Both the position numbers and the translations under genes were made by a program. Below the pieces are notes generated by a model, which did not search any database, was not told the DNA's origin, and was given only the letters and a program-made list of their open reading frames with translations. This document shows, piece by piece, positions 37,573 to 47,100 of a stretch of DNA of 64,000 nucleotides; position 1 is the stretch's first letter; every line of letters starts with the position of its first letter. Source of the DNA: Phycisphaerae bacterium (GTDB lineage: Bacteria > Planctomycetota > Phycisphaerae > UBA1845 > Fen-1342); NCBI GenBank assembly GCA_963675745.2, contig CAXXWX010000019.1:352001-416000 (forward strand). Reading direction: 5' to 3'.

Positions 37573-38249
37573 CGCAGCTCAACCAGTCGGCGGAAATCTT
37601 CCACCGCCAACTCGTGTACGCCGCTGACGACATGGTGTGCCCGGCCGACGCGCGCCGGCGGGCCAATGCCAATGACCGCCATACCGGCGGCCAATCCGGC
37701 TTCGACGCCGGCGGCGGCGTCCTCAACAACTACGCAGCGCGCCGGCTCGCGCCGCAGGCGACCGGCGGCCGTCAAGAACACCTCGGGGTCTGGCTTAGAG
37801 TGTTTAATGTCATTCCCGTCCACCACGGCATCGAACAGGTCACCAATCTGGAGGCGGTCCACCACCAGTTGGCCGTTCTTGCTCGCCGACGCCAACGCGA
37901 CACCAAGCCCCGCCTTGCGCAGATCACACAACAGTTGATGGGCGCCGTCGAACAGGTCGGCCGGCGTCATCCGCGCCACCAGGCCGCGGTATTCCTCGTT
38001 CTTGCGGTCGGCAATATCACGTTTCTGGGCGTCACTGAAGTCGCCGGCGTGTTCGCCGAGCATCAGATCGCAACTGATCATGCGCGTGACGCCGCGTAAG
38101 GCTTCGTTCTTCTCGCGATCGAATTTGACGCCAAGGTCGCGCGCCACCACGACCCAACTCTGAAAGTGCAGCTCGGCGGTGTCGGTCAACACGCCGTCCA
38201 GATCGAAGATCGCCGCTGGTGCCTGCCTGCTGCTGTCGTGATCGGTCAT
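37569..38249 (-). CDS. pgmB: Beta-phosphoglucomutase-family HAD hydrolase
   Basis: IFDLDGVLTDTAELHF, ASASKN, SKPDPEVFL, VVEDAAAGV. Confidence 0.85.
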   Translation of the reverse strand: MTDHDSSRQAPAAIFDLDGVLTDTAELHFQSWVVVARDLGVKFDREKNEALRGVTRMISCDLMLGEHAGDFSDAQKRDIADRKNEEYRGLVARMTPADLFDGAHQLLCDLRKAGLGVALASASKNGQLVVDRLQIGDLFDAVVDGNDIKHSKPDPEVFLTAAGRLRREPARCVVVEDAAAGVEAGLAAGMAVIGIGPPARVGRAHHVVSGVHELAVEDFRRLVELR

Positions 38250-38442
38250 TGCGCTACCGGCTCCGTGGCGCGGGCTGTCCGGTCTGATCGCCGGAGCGTG
38301 TTTCATCTTAGCAGAGGCTCGCCAACGGGGGCAAATCGCCGCCATCGACCCGCTTGGCGGTCCTGTTGTGCTTTGCCCTTCTTGACCGCCGGCGGATAAT
38401 GGCAGTGTAGCCCGGACGCCGCCATTGCTGGAGACCGTTACC

Positions 38443-39688
38443 ATGCGTGACCAGACGACTGGAAGATCATGCTGTGTGGGCCATGGCGTCATGGCGGCGT
38501 TGTTTCTCGCGCACGCCCTGATCGGCTGCGTGCCAAGCTCACCCATCCCCACCGGGATTTGGCAACGCCATACGATCAGCGACGAATTCACCGGCGCCGA
38601 CGGCGTCAAGCTCGGCGATGTGAACAGCGATGGCCGGCTTGACCTCGTCGTGCCGTGGGAAGAGAGCGGGGCCGTCTCAATACACGTGAACCCGGGGCCG
38701 GACCTGGCGTGGCTGCCGTGGCCGAGCGCGCGCGTCGGCACCGTTGCATCGCCCGAAGACGCTGTCTTTTTCGATGTTGACCGCGACGGACGCACCGACG
38801 TCGTCACCTGCTGTGAGGGGGATAACGCGACCGTCTATGTGCATTGGGCGCCCGAGAAGATTGACCGGCTGCTGGAGGCCGAGGCATGGGTAACCGAACC
38901 ATTCCCCGCCACGGCCGGCCAACACCAGTGGATGTTCTGCCAGCCCGCGCAGATCGACGGAGAGGACGGCGTCGACTTGTTCATCGGGTCCAAGGGTGAC
39001 GACGGCGTCATTGGCTGGCTCGAGGCGCCCGCCGACCCCAACCGGCTGCGGCTCTGGCAGTGGCGCGACATCCGCTCGGCTCAGTGGACCATGTCGTTGG
39101 TGCCCATTGACCTGAACGCCGATGGAAGCGTCGATCTGCTCTGTCTCCGATCGCAAGGGTGACAACCAGGGCGTGTACGCGATGCTCAATCCGGGCAACG
39201 GCCTCGCCCAGCAACTGCCCTGGCCCGGCCAGCGGGTCAATCCCGATCAGCGCGAGTTCATGTTCATCGATACGGGCGACCTCGACGGAGATGGCCAGCT
39301 TGACCTGGTCGCCGCCACCTCTCGGCGTGAGCTGATCTGGCTGCGCGCCATGCCCGTGCCCGGGGCCACGTGGACGGCCAGCACAATCGAGCTGCCCGAC
39401 GGGTTTGGCAAGACCAAGGGCGTGCGAATTGCCGACATCGATCGCGATCAGCAGGCTGACATCGTGTTTACGTGCGAAGACGCCTCAGGCAAGGCCGGCG
39501 TCGGATGGGCCCGACGCGTAGGACAGGGCTACACCGCGCTCTGGCAGACCTACGCCATCAGCGACGACGCCGGCAGCAAGTTCGACCTGGTGCAGGTTCT
39601 CGACCTGGACGACGACGGCGATCTGGACGTAATCACCTGCGAAGAGTCCACCGGGCTGGGTGTCGTATGGTACGAAAACCCGCTGTAG
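38443..39688 (+). pseudogene. FG-GAP/VCBS repeat lipoprotein split by a +1 frameshift near 39142 (pseudogene or sequence error)
   Basis: GDVNSDGRLD, DVDRDGRTD, DLDGDGQLD, DLDDDGDLDV repeats across two ORFs. Removing T39142 restores DLL-VSDRKG and joins them; ends WYENP. Confidence 0.75.
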
Positions 39689-39708
39689 CCAACGCCGCAT
39701 AACGCGCT

Positions 39709-40017
39709 CGCGCACGCCGTGGCGGCCGCCCCCCGTGGCGGCCGTGAAGCGCCGGGAGGCAACTTCAACGCCGACTGCAGTCGGGGGACGGTCGCTCTTG
39801 GGCGCGTGACACAACCTGTGGATCGTAGCCATACCGTCCCGCAGGGACGTGGTGAACATAGCCCAGCACGAAGTGCTGGGGCAATTGCGGCCACGTGAAA
39901 ACCGAGTCCCGCAGGGACGGCTGAGCTTTCAGTCGTCCCTGCGGGACTGGCGGTCCAGGTGCGCGATCCAGACCCAGCACTGCGTGCTGGGCTGCATTCA
40001 AATGTCCCGTCGGGACA
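39709..40017. repeat. ~310-bp hairpin-rich repeat, copy 1 (REPIN/MITE-like)
   Basis: Direct repeat of 42981-43291. Contains GTCCCGCAGGGAC twice, its reverse complement, and two CCCAGCAC-N3-GTGCTGGG hairpins. Confidence 0.9.
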
Positions 40018-40096
40018 GACATGTAAGAACAACAGGCGAGCAGTCGCTGCCGATCACGTCACGCGCCCGCCGCGTATCTCCGCGCCGCGTCTGACT

Positions 40097-40124
40097 TTGA
40101 TTCCGCGCGCCGTGCGCTTATGCT
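40097..40124 (+). promoter_or_regulatory. Possible sigma70-type promoter upstream of the RM fragment
   Basis: TTGATT-16 nt-TATGCT about 65 nt before the ATG. Consensus match only. Confidence 0.3.
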
Positions 40125-40190
40125 GGCGGTCACGCAACTCCAGGGAGTCAAGGCGCCGCCGCGCGCGGGAGGACACGCTTGGCGAATGAG

Positions 40191-40760
40191 ATGACACCGG
40201 GGCGCTTCATCGCCAAATGGCAGCGGGCCGAGCTGTCCGAGCGGGCGGCATCGCAGGAGCACTTCATCGACCTCTGCCGCATGCTCGGTCAACCCACGCC
40301 AGCCGAGGAAGACTCCACCGGCGTGGAATACACGTTTGAAAAGGGCGTCAGCGTAACCGGCGCGGCCTCCGCCGGCTCAAAGGGCGAGTACGGTTTCGCC
40401 GACGTCTGGTGGCGTGGCAAGTTTGCCTGGGAGTACAAGCGCAAGGGCAAGTACCAGGACCTCGGCGACGCCTACCGCCAGCTTTGCCAGTATCGCGAGG
40501 CGCTGGAGAATCCGCCGCTGCTGATCGTCAGCGACATCGCCCGCATCCAGATTCACACCAACTTCACCGGCACCAAGAAAGAAATCCACGAAATCCCGCT
40601 CGACGGCATCGGGCACCCGGACCACCTCGACAAGCTCCGCCGCATCTTCACCGCTCCGCGGTCATTCAAGCCGTCGCAGACGACATGGAAGCTCACCGAG
40701 GCGGTTGCCGCCGAGTTCGCCAAGATCGCCGACCAACTCCGACTTGCCGCCACATTGTGA
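40191..40760 (+). pseudogene. N-terminal fragment of an MmeI-like (Type IIL) restriction-modification enzyme (endonuclease domain)
   Basis: FIAKW, ERAASQEHFIDLC, FEKG, PD-(D/E)xK-like ADVW...WEYK, QYREALENPPLLIVSD, IHTNF. Stops before any methyltransferase motif. Confidence 0.85.
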
Positions 40761-40787
40761 GCGCGGCCTCAGGGCGAGATGTCGAGA

Positions 40788-42158
40788 TTACTGACGTGAT
40801 GTCAGCTTCGTCGCCTGCCAAAGAAAATACATGTTGTTTTCGCGCGCCCTTGAGCGTGGCTGTCCGCTGTCGCCGATAGAGCACAACAGCCTATTTGCGA
40901 ATGTGCTCAACCCAATGGCTCCGGCAACCTGCGCTGGGTTCATCTGAGCGAAACCAGAGAATAGACCGAACGTGATGGACGCGAGCAATCCGCAGCCGTC
41001 CGCGAGCACTCGACGGCGCAGATGCTTGGTTGCGGAGGTGTAGCTAATGTCTAGTCGCGCAATCTCGGGGCGCAGCACGTCCTCATACAGCGAGCGTGCA
41101 TCAGACGCCGTGAATGTCCCCGTACGTGACTGAATCTCTCGAACAGCCTGTGCCAGCGCGGTGCGGAAACACACGAATGATCCTCGCTCTCGGTTCCGGA
41201 GTCGGATCAACTCGGTCGGAGCGATGTCCGCAGCAAATGGTACGAGAAGGCGCATGTGCCGAGCAATGAGCGTATTGCAGTTATCGAGAGTCTCCGAATC
41301 CCCCATGGCCATCAAGGCTCGGATGTGAAGAGGGTTGGAAGTGACAGGCGATGCCGACAGCACGTGGCTCGCTGCGGCGCTGTAGCCGACATTGAAAGCA
41401 ACCTCCCTGGCCAACCTATCGGCAAGTTTCAGTGCCCGGACGACGGATCTTGATAGTTGCACTCTCTCTCCGCTATCAATTCGCTTCAGTAGGCGGGGCA
41501 TTTGCGAAAGAGGAGCTGGTAGCACCGAGTATACGAAACACCGCGGGCTGCGTTCTAGTAGTTTATTGGCGGCACAGATGATCGCATAGTCCTCGTCGAA
41601 CCTCTCGGCATGCACGTCAAGTTGTAGGCTGAGCTCCCGCTTCAACCTGCGCGCCGCGTGCGCGAGCTGAGCCGCCGGCGCCGTGCCAATCGCATCCTCT
41701 ACCGTACATCGCCAGCACATTTCTCGAGCCGGCGCAACGAAGACCAACAAGCCAGCTTTGATCAACGGTGCAACGTCACCGACAACTCGTAAGTCTCGCC
41801 ACAGTTCCATGCGTGCTTCATCAAGGTCGTGATTACTGCAGGTGTGACAGTGACGATCGAGAAAGTTCTCGAAGTATACACAATCGCTGTACAGGGCAAC
41901 AAACGAGGCGAGAGATCGCGCGGTCTTCCGACGACACTCCAAGGCCTCGCACGGGTAGATATTGCCACTGATATCAGGTAACGCAAAGTGCGCCGAGTCG
42001 ACGCGACGGACGGTGACAGGCGGCGTCCGACTGAGCTCTACAGCCTCCTCAGCGATGTCGTGGAGCTGCCGTAAACTCATTCTCGTGATCTGTGCTTTAT
42101 TCGGCTGACCACGACGCAGCAAGTCGCGCCGCTGCAGGAACTCTAGCACCGGGAGCAT
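40788..42158 (-). CDS. Hypothetical protein, lower GC, with C-terminal hydrophobic segments (start uncertain, 42158-42254)
   Basis: Long uninterrupted ORF with less GC-skewed codons. Contains CEALEC, ALYSD, CxxC pairs and terminal MYFLW. Confidence 0.75.
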   Translation of the reverse strand: MLPVLEFLQRRDLLRRGQPNKAQITRMSLRQLHDIAEEAVELSRTPPVTVRRVDSAHFALPDISGNIYPCEALECRRKTARSLASFVALYSDCVYFENFLDRHCHTCSNHDLDEARMELWRDLRVVGDVAPLIKAGLLVFVAPAREMCWRCTVEDAIGTAPAAQLAHAARRLKRELSLQLDVHAERFDEDYAIICAANKLLERSPRCFVYSVLPAPLSQMPRLLKRIDSGERVQLSRSVVRALKLADRLAREVAFNVGYSAAASHVLSASPVTSNPLHIRALMAMGDSETLDNCNTLIARHMRLLVPFAADIAPTELIRLRNRERGSFVCFRTALAQAVREIQSRTGTFTASDARSLYEDVLRPEIARLDISYTSATKHLRRRVLADGCGLLASITFGLFSGFAQMNPAQVAGAIGLSTFANRLLCSIGDSGQPRSRARENNMYFLWQATKLTSRQ

Positions 42159-42427
42159 CTGGACTCTCCATTCCTCGCCAGTGCTGATGGGGCGCGTCTC
42201 TCGTAAAGCGACGAGAGCCGTGTCCCGTCCGGCGATGTGATGTCCGACGAGCACACCTATGGATTGTAGGTTGGTTCACGGCTCGACACAATTGGCGATA
42301 TCTGGTCAGCGAAGGCCGGCCGATACCTCATCAGCGTCTCAGCAAGAGAGTAAAACCCTCGGAGACGACACGAAAGGTCTTCTGTGCGGCATGGGTCGGA
42401 TCATCGCCGGGGCGAACGCAATTGGAG

Positions 42428-42785
42428 CAGCGACGACTTCGCCGATGTGCCCGCCGAGGCGCGGCCGCTGATTCGGCATTCGGCGATCATGGCGGCGGCG
42501 GCCAAGGAGCCCAAGCTCAAGAAACGCACGCTGACCAACCTCTACAACGAGCGCCCGACCTGGCTGCGCCTGGCGCATCGCAAGCTCGATGAGGCCGTGC
42601 TGGCCGCCTACGCCGCGGTCGATCCGGCAGGCGAGTGGGACGAGGGTTGGGCCGAGGTGTGGGAGGAAACCGGAGCGGGCCAGCCGCTGGCGGATGGGCA
42701 TCCGCTGGCCGAGCGGCGCAAGGAGGTTGACCAGCGCGTGCTGGCGAATCTGCTGCGGCTGAACCTGGCACGGGCCGCCGAGTAG
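42428..42785 (+). pseudogene. C-terminal fragment of an MmeI-like restriction-modification enzyme
   Basis: LKKRTLTNLYNERPTWL..AH..LDEAVLAAY and LLRLNLARA are the typical tail of this family. No credible start codon. Confidence 0.85.
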
Positions 42786-42860
42786 CGTCCGGCCCCCGAG
42801 CCGGACGTCGGCCATACGCGGTCGTGCCAATCCCCCGGGTAGCTCATTCCCCCCCAGCAG

Positions 42861-42974
42861 CACTGCTCAAGAGCAGCGGCACACGTTCATGGTAGAGCAT
42901 GGCGACGCGAACGGCCGTCGCCATGGCACCCGTCATCAAGCATGGCGACGCGAACAGCCGTCGCCATGGCACCC
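42861..42974. repeat. Cluster of REP-like palindromes, including two tandem 36-bp units
   Basis: CACTGCTCAAGAGCAGCGGCACAC, then AGCATGGCGACGCGAAC(G/A)GCCGTCGCCATGGCACCC at 42896 and 42939. Confidence 0.8.
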
Positions 42975-42980
42975 GGCGAA

Positions 42981-43291
42981 CGCGCACACCGTAGCCGCCG
43001 CCCCCCGTGGCGACCGTGGAACGCCGGGAAGCAACTTCAACGCCGACTGTAACGCCGGGGGACGGTCGCTATCGGGGCCGTGACACAATCGACGGGTAAG
43101 AGCCATGCCGTCCCGCAGGGACGAGATGAACCTGGCCCAGCACGTAGTGCTGGGGCAATTATGGCCACGTGAAAACCGAGTCCCGCAGGGACGGTTGAGC
43201 TTTCAGTCGTCCCTGCGGGACTTGGCGACCACGTGCACGATCCAAACCCAGCATTGCGTGCTGGGCTGCATTCAGATGTCCCTGCGGGGCA
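42981..43291. repeat. ~310-bp hairpin-rich repeat, copy 2 (REPIN/MITE-like)
   Basis: Direct repeat of 39709-40017. The central ~60 bp differ at one base; the flanks are more diverged. Confidence 0.9.
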
Positions 43292-43482
43292 AATAACTCG
43301 GAAACCACGGACGCGGAATTCCCCCCGCAAGTGTCACGGGCCCCCCGTACGGGTGCGTGACACTTGCGGCGGGACGTTGGCAGCGGTGGTCCGGTGAAGC
43401 TTGCCCCAGAGCGGCATGGGGCCGGTGCCACGTGTGCAGCGCAGCGTAACCCGTGAGCACGGTCTGCTCAGCCGCGACTCTT

Positions 43483-43940
43483 CGCCCTGAAGGGGCGCAG
43501 GCGCATGGCCACGGGTGCAGCGCAGCGCAACCCGTGGATAGGATGCGGGTTGACATGTCATTCCGCCCCGCAGGGGCGGGGGAGGCGCGCAGGCCGGGGA
43601 CCTTCACGCGATTGCTCTATCACGTGGCCTTCAGCACCAAGCACCGCGCCGACCTCATCGCCACGGAGCTGCAACCACGCCTGTACGAGCACGTCGCAGT
43701 TCGGGATCGTGCGGCGATATATCCAAGTTCAGGCGGCGCATCATGGTCGACGAGGATTCGTGGAGGAGCCGAAGGCGTTGCTGGACGCACACGGGATCGA
43801 GCACGACGCGCGATACCTGGGGGGCTGAGCGCATCTTCCGCCGCCCCTGCGGGGCGGAGAGCTTGTGGTGGCGGACCGTGTCCACGGGTTCCGCTGCGCT
43901 CCACCCGTGGCTACGCGCCCACGCTCCTCCGGAGCGAAAC
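43483..43940 (+). mobile_element. tnpA: Internally deleted IS200-type/REP-associated Y1 transposase remnant with hairpin ends
   Basis: 43591-43828 encodes (M)PGTFTRLLYHVAFSTKHR...PRLYEHV joined out of frame to SQ..VRRYIQVQ..HH...FVEE...LL..HGIEHDARYL. Flanked by mirror-image GCCCC-N3-GGGGC and CCACGGG..CCCGTGG hairpins. Confidence 0.85.
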
Positions 43941-44142
43941 GCTCGTGCCCGGGCCGCTGGCACGGATGACCACACGCCGCCGATTCTGTCACGGGCCCCC
44001 GCGGCAGTTCGCGGCGATCGAAGGTTGTGTTTGCCGGCGCCGCGACGCACAATGGTGGACCGGCAATCAGTGCCGGCCGTCAGTTCAAACGACGGCCGGC
44101 TCAAACGCAAGCCTGCCCACGGCAGTGCCAGGGAGAAAATCA

Positions 44143-47100
44143 GTGAAACGTGCATCTGTGGTTATGTTGCTCGTGTCGGCCTTGCTGGTCGCGTCCCCGG
44201 CGCTGGCCGCGGTTACCGGCTATTACCGCTTCCCGACGATCCACGGCGATCAGATAGTCTTCGCCGCCGAAAACGACCTCTGGCAGGTCTCGACCGATGG
44301 CGGGCTGGCGCAACGTCTGACGACCCACGCCGGCAACGAGGCTTTTCCCAAGTTCAGCCCGGACGGCAACTGGCTGGCGTTCTCCGCTGAGTATGATGGC
44401 AACGTGGATGTATACGTCATGCCGGCCGGCGGCGGTGAGCCACAGCGTCTGACCTATCATCCTGACCACGATGAAGTCATCGCCTGGCGTCCCGACAGCA
44501 GCGCCGTCGTGTTTCGCAGCCGACGCATATCGACCACGCGCGATCAAAACGTCTTCGAGGTTCCCGTCACCGGCGGCCAGCCGACACTTGTGCCCATCGG
44601 TTTCGCGTCGCTGGTGGCGTTCTCCGCCGACGGGCAGTTTGTGGCCTTTAACCGGTTCTCGCGCGAATTCCGCAACTGGAAACGCTATCTTGGCGGCCGC
44701 GCCCAGGACATCTGGGTCGGCGACCTCAAGGCCAAGCGTTTCTGGAAGCTGACCGACTGGGAAGGCACCGACCGTTTTCCCATGTGGCACGGCGATAGCG
44801 TCTGCTTTCTCTCGGACCGCGACGGTCGCCTGAATGTCTACTCCGCCAAGCCGGACGGCACCGACGTGCGGCAGCTTACCAGGCATGAGGAGTACGATGC
44901 GCGCTGGCCCAGCATTGACGGCGAGCGCATCGTCTACATGCACGGCGGCGATCTCTGGCTGCTCGATATCGCGTCCGGAGAGACCAAACAACTCGACATT
45001 CAGCTTCCCACCGACCGGGTGCGTTCCCGCCACCAGTTCGTGAACGCCGCCGACACCTTGGACGGCTTTGCGCTTGATGACGCGGGCGAGCGCATCGTCC
45101 TATCGTCGCGCGGCGAGATCTGGGTGCGCCCCACCAAGCCCGGACGCACGATTCAGATCACGCGATCCGGCGGCATCCGCGAGCGCGGCGTCAGTTTCTC
45201 GCCCGACGGTTTGCACCTCGCGGCCATAACCGATGAAACCGGCGAGCAGGAGCTGATCATCCTTGACGCGCTCGGCCGCGATAAGCCGCGCATCCTCACC
45301 GGTCGTGGCAAGGGGTGGATCTTCCCGCCCGTCTGGTCGCCGGATGGTAAGAAGCTGGCGTATGCCGACCTGACGTTTGCGCTGTTTGTCGTCGATGTTG
45401 AGTCCGGCGCGGTCACCGAGGTTGACAAGAGCGAGTTCTGGGAGATTCGCGAGTACGCATTTGCGCCCGATGGCAAGTGGCTCGCCTATGCCAAGCAGGT
45501 TGCGGCGGGAGAATCGTCGATCTTCGTCTACAACCTCGACACCGGCCGGTCGCACGCGGTCACGACGGAGTTCACCAACGATCACGACCCGGTTTGGGAT
45601 CCACAGGGGCGTTACCTCTACTTCCTGTCCGACCACACTTACAACCCGCTCGTCGGCGAGCGTGACTTTGACCACATCGTCACCGAGACCGGCAAGCCCT
45701 ACCTGGTCATCCTGGCGGCCGACGGCCTTTCGCCTTTCCTGCCCAAGGAACTGCTGCCGGATGATGACGACGACAAGGATGACAAAAAGAAGGACGGCGA
45801 GAAAGACAAGCGTGACGACGACAAGCCGCCGTCGGCGGAGGAGCGTTTGCTCACCGACATGCGGGTCGACGTCGAGGGGATTCAGCAGCGCGTCGTCGAG
45901 TTTCCCGTAGCGCCGGGCAACTATGGCGACTTGCGGGCGATCAAAGGCAAGATCTTCTACATGAGCTATCCATCGCGCGGCTTGGTTGAGGGTCGTGTCT
46001 ATGGAGAGAAGTGGGAGCGGACACCCAGCCTGCACGTGTTCGACATCAAGGACAAGGAAGACGAAGTCTTCATCGAAGAACTGGCGGACTACTGCCTCAG
46101 CGGCGATGGCGAGCGCATCGCCTATCTTGTCGATGACGAAATAACAGTCGGCGACACCGACGAGTCGCCCGATGATGCCGACGAAGATGATCTTGACAAC
46201 ATCGACCCGGGAGATCTCCCGCTGGCGATTCGCCCGGCCGAGGAATGGACCCAGATTTTCCACGAGGCGTGGCGGCTTCAGCGTGACTTCTACTGGGCCG
46301 AGAACATGGCGGGTATCGATTGGCCCGCCGAGCGCGAGCGCTACGCCAAGCTGCTGGCGCGCGTTTCGACGCGTTTTGAGCTCAGCGATCTGCTCGGCCA
46401 GATGGTCGGCGAGCTCGGCACGTCGCACACCTATATCTGGGGCGGTGATCTGCGCCGCGGCCGGCGCGTGACCGTCGGCCTGCTCGGGGCCGATCTCGAG
46501 CCGCTGCCCGACTCGGGCGTCCATCGCTTCGCGCGCGTCTTGCGCCCAGAGGTGTGGGAGACCGACATCCCCGCGCCGCTGACAATGTCACACGCCAACG
46601 TACACACCGGTGACTATCTATTCGCCATCAACGGTGTTGACCTGGCCCCCGGCGACAACATCTACCAGCACCTGGCCAAACTCGCCGGTGAAGAAGTCCT
46701 TCTCACTGTCGGCACCAAGGCTGATCGCGGTGACGCGCGCGACATCCAGGTCAAAACTCTCACCAGCGAACGCCGCCTGCGCTATCGCGACTGGGTACGC
46801 CGTAACCGCGAGTACGTCGCCGAGAAGACCGACGGCAAGGTCGGCTATCTTCACCTGCCCGACATGGGCGGCAACGGGCTGGTGGAGTTTATCAAAGCCT
46901 TCTACCCGCAGATCGAACGCGACGGGCTGATTATCGACGTGCGCTCCAACGGCGGCGGGTTTGTCTCGCAGATGATCATCGAGCGCCTGGCCCGCAAGGC
47001 CTGGGCATTTGACCAGACCCGCCGCGGCAAGCTCTCCACTTACCCGTGGCGCGTGCACCGTGGTCACAAGGCCGTCATCACCGACGAAAACGCCGGCTCC

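Noticed and set aside
38250..38807. N-terminal extension of beta-phosphoglucomutase (412-aa ORF)
   Set aside because: It overlaps the FG-GAP gene on the other strand; the HAD motif starts right after ATG 38249.
42896..42974. Possible CRISPR array (36-bp palindromic unit)
   Set aside because: Only two units, a 7-bp gap instead of a spacer, and no cas genes; fits REP-like tandem hairpins.
39709..43291. Diversity-generating retroelement template/variable repeat pair
   Set aside because: Differences between copies are not adenine-specific, both copies are non-coding, and no reverse transcriptase is present.
43453..44142. 230-aa N-terminal extension making a transposase-tricorn fusion
   Set aside because: It reads through hairpin repeats and a dead tnpA. 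The signal peptide and RBS place the real start at 44143.
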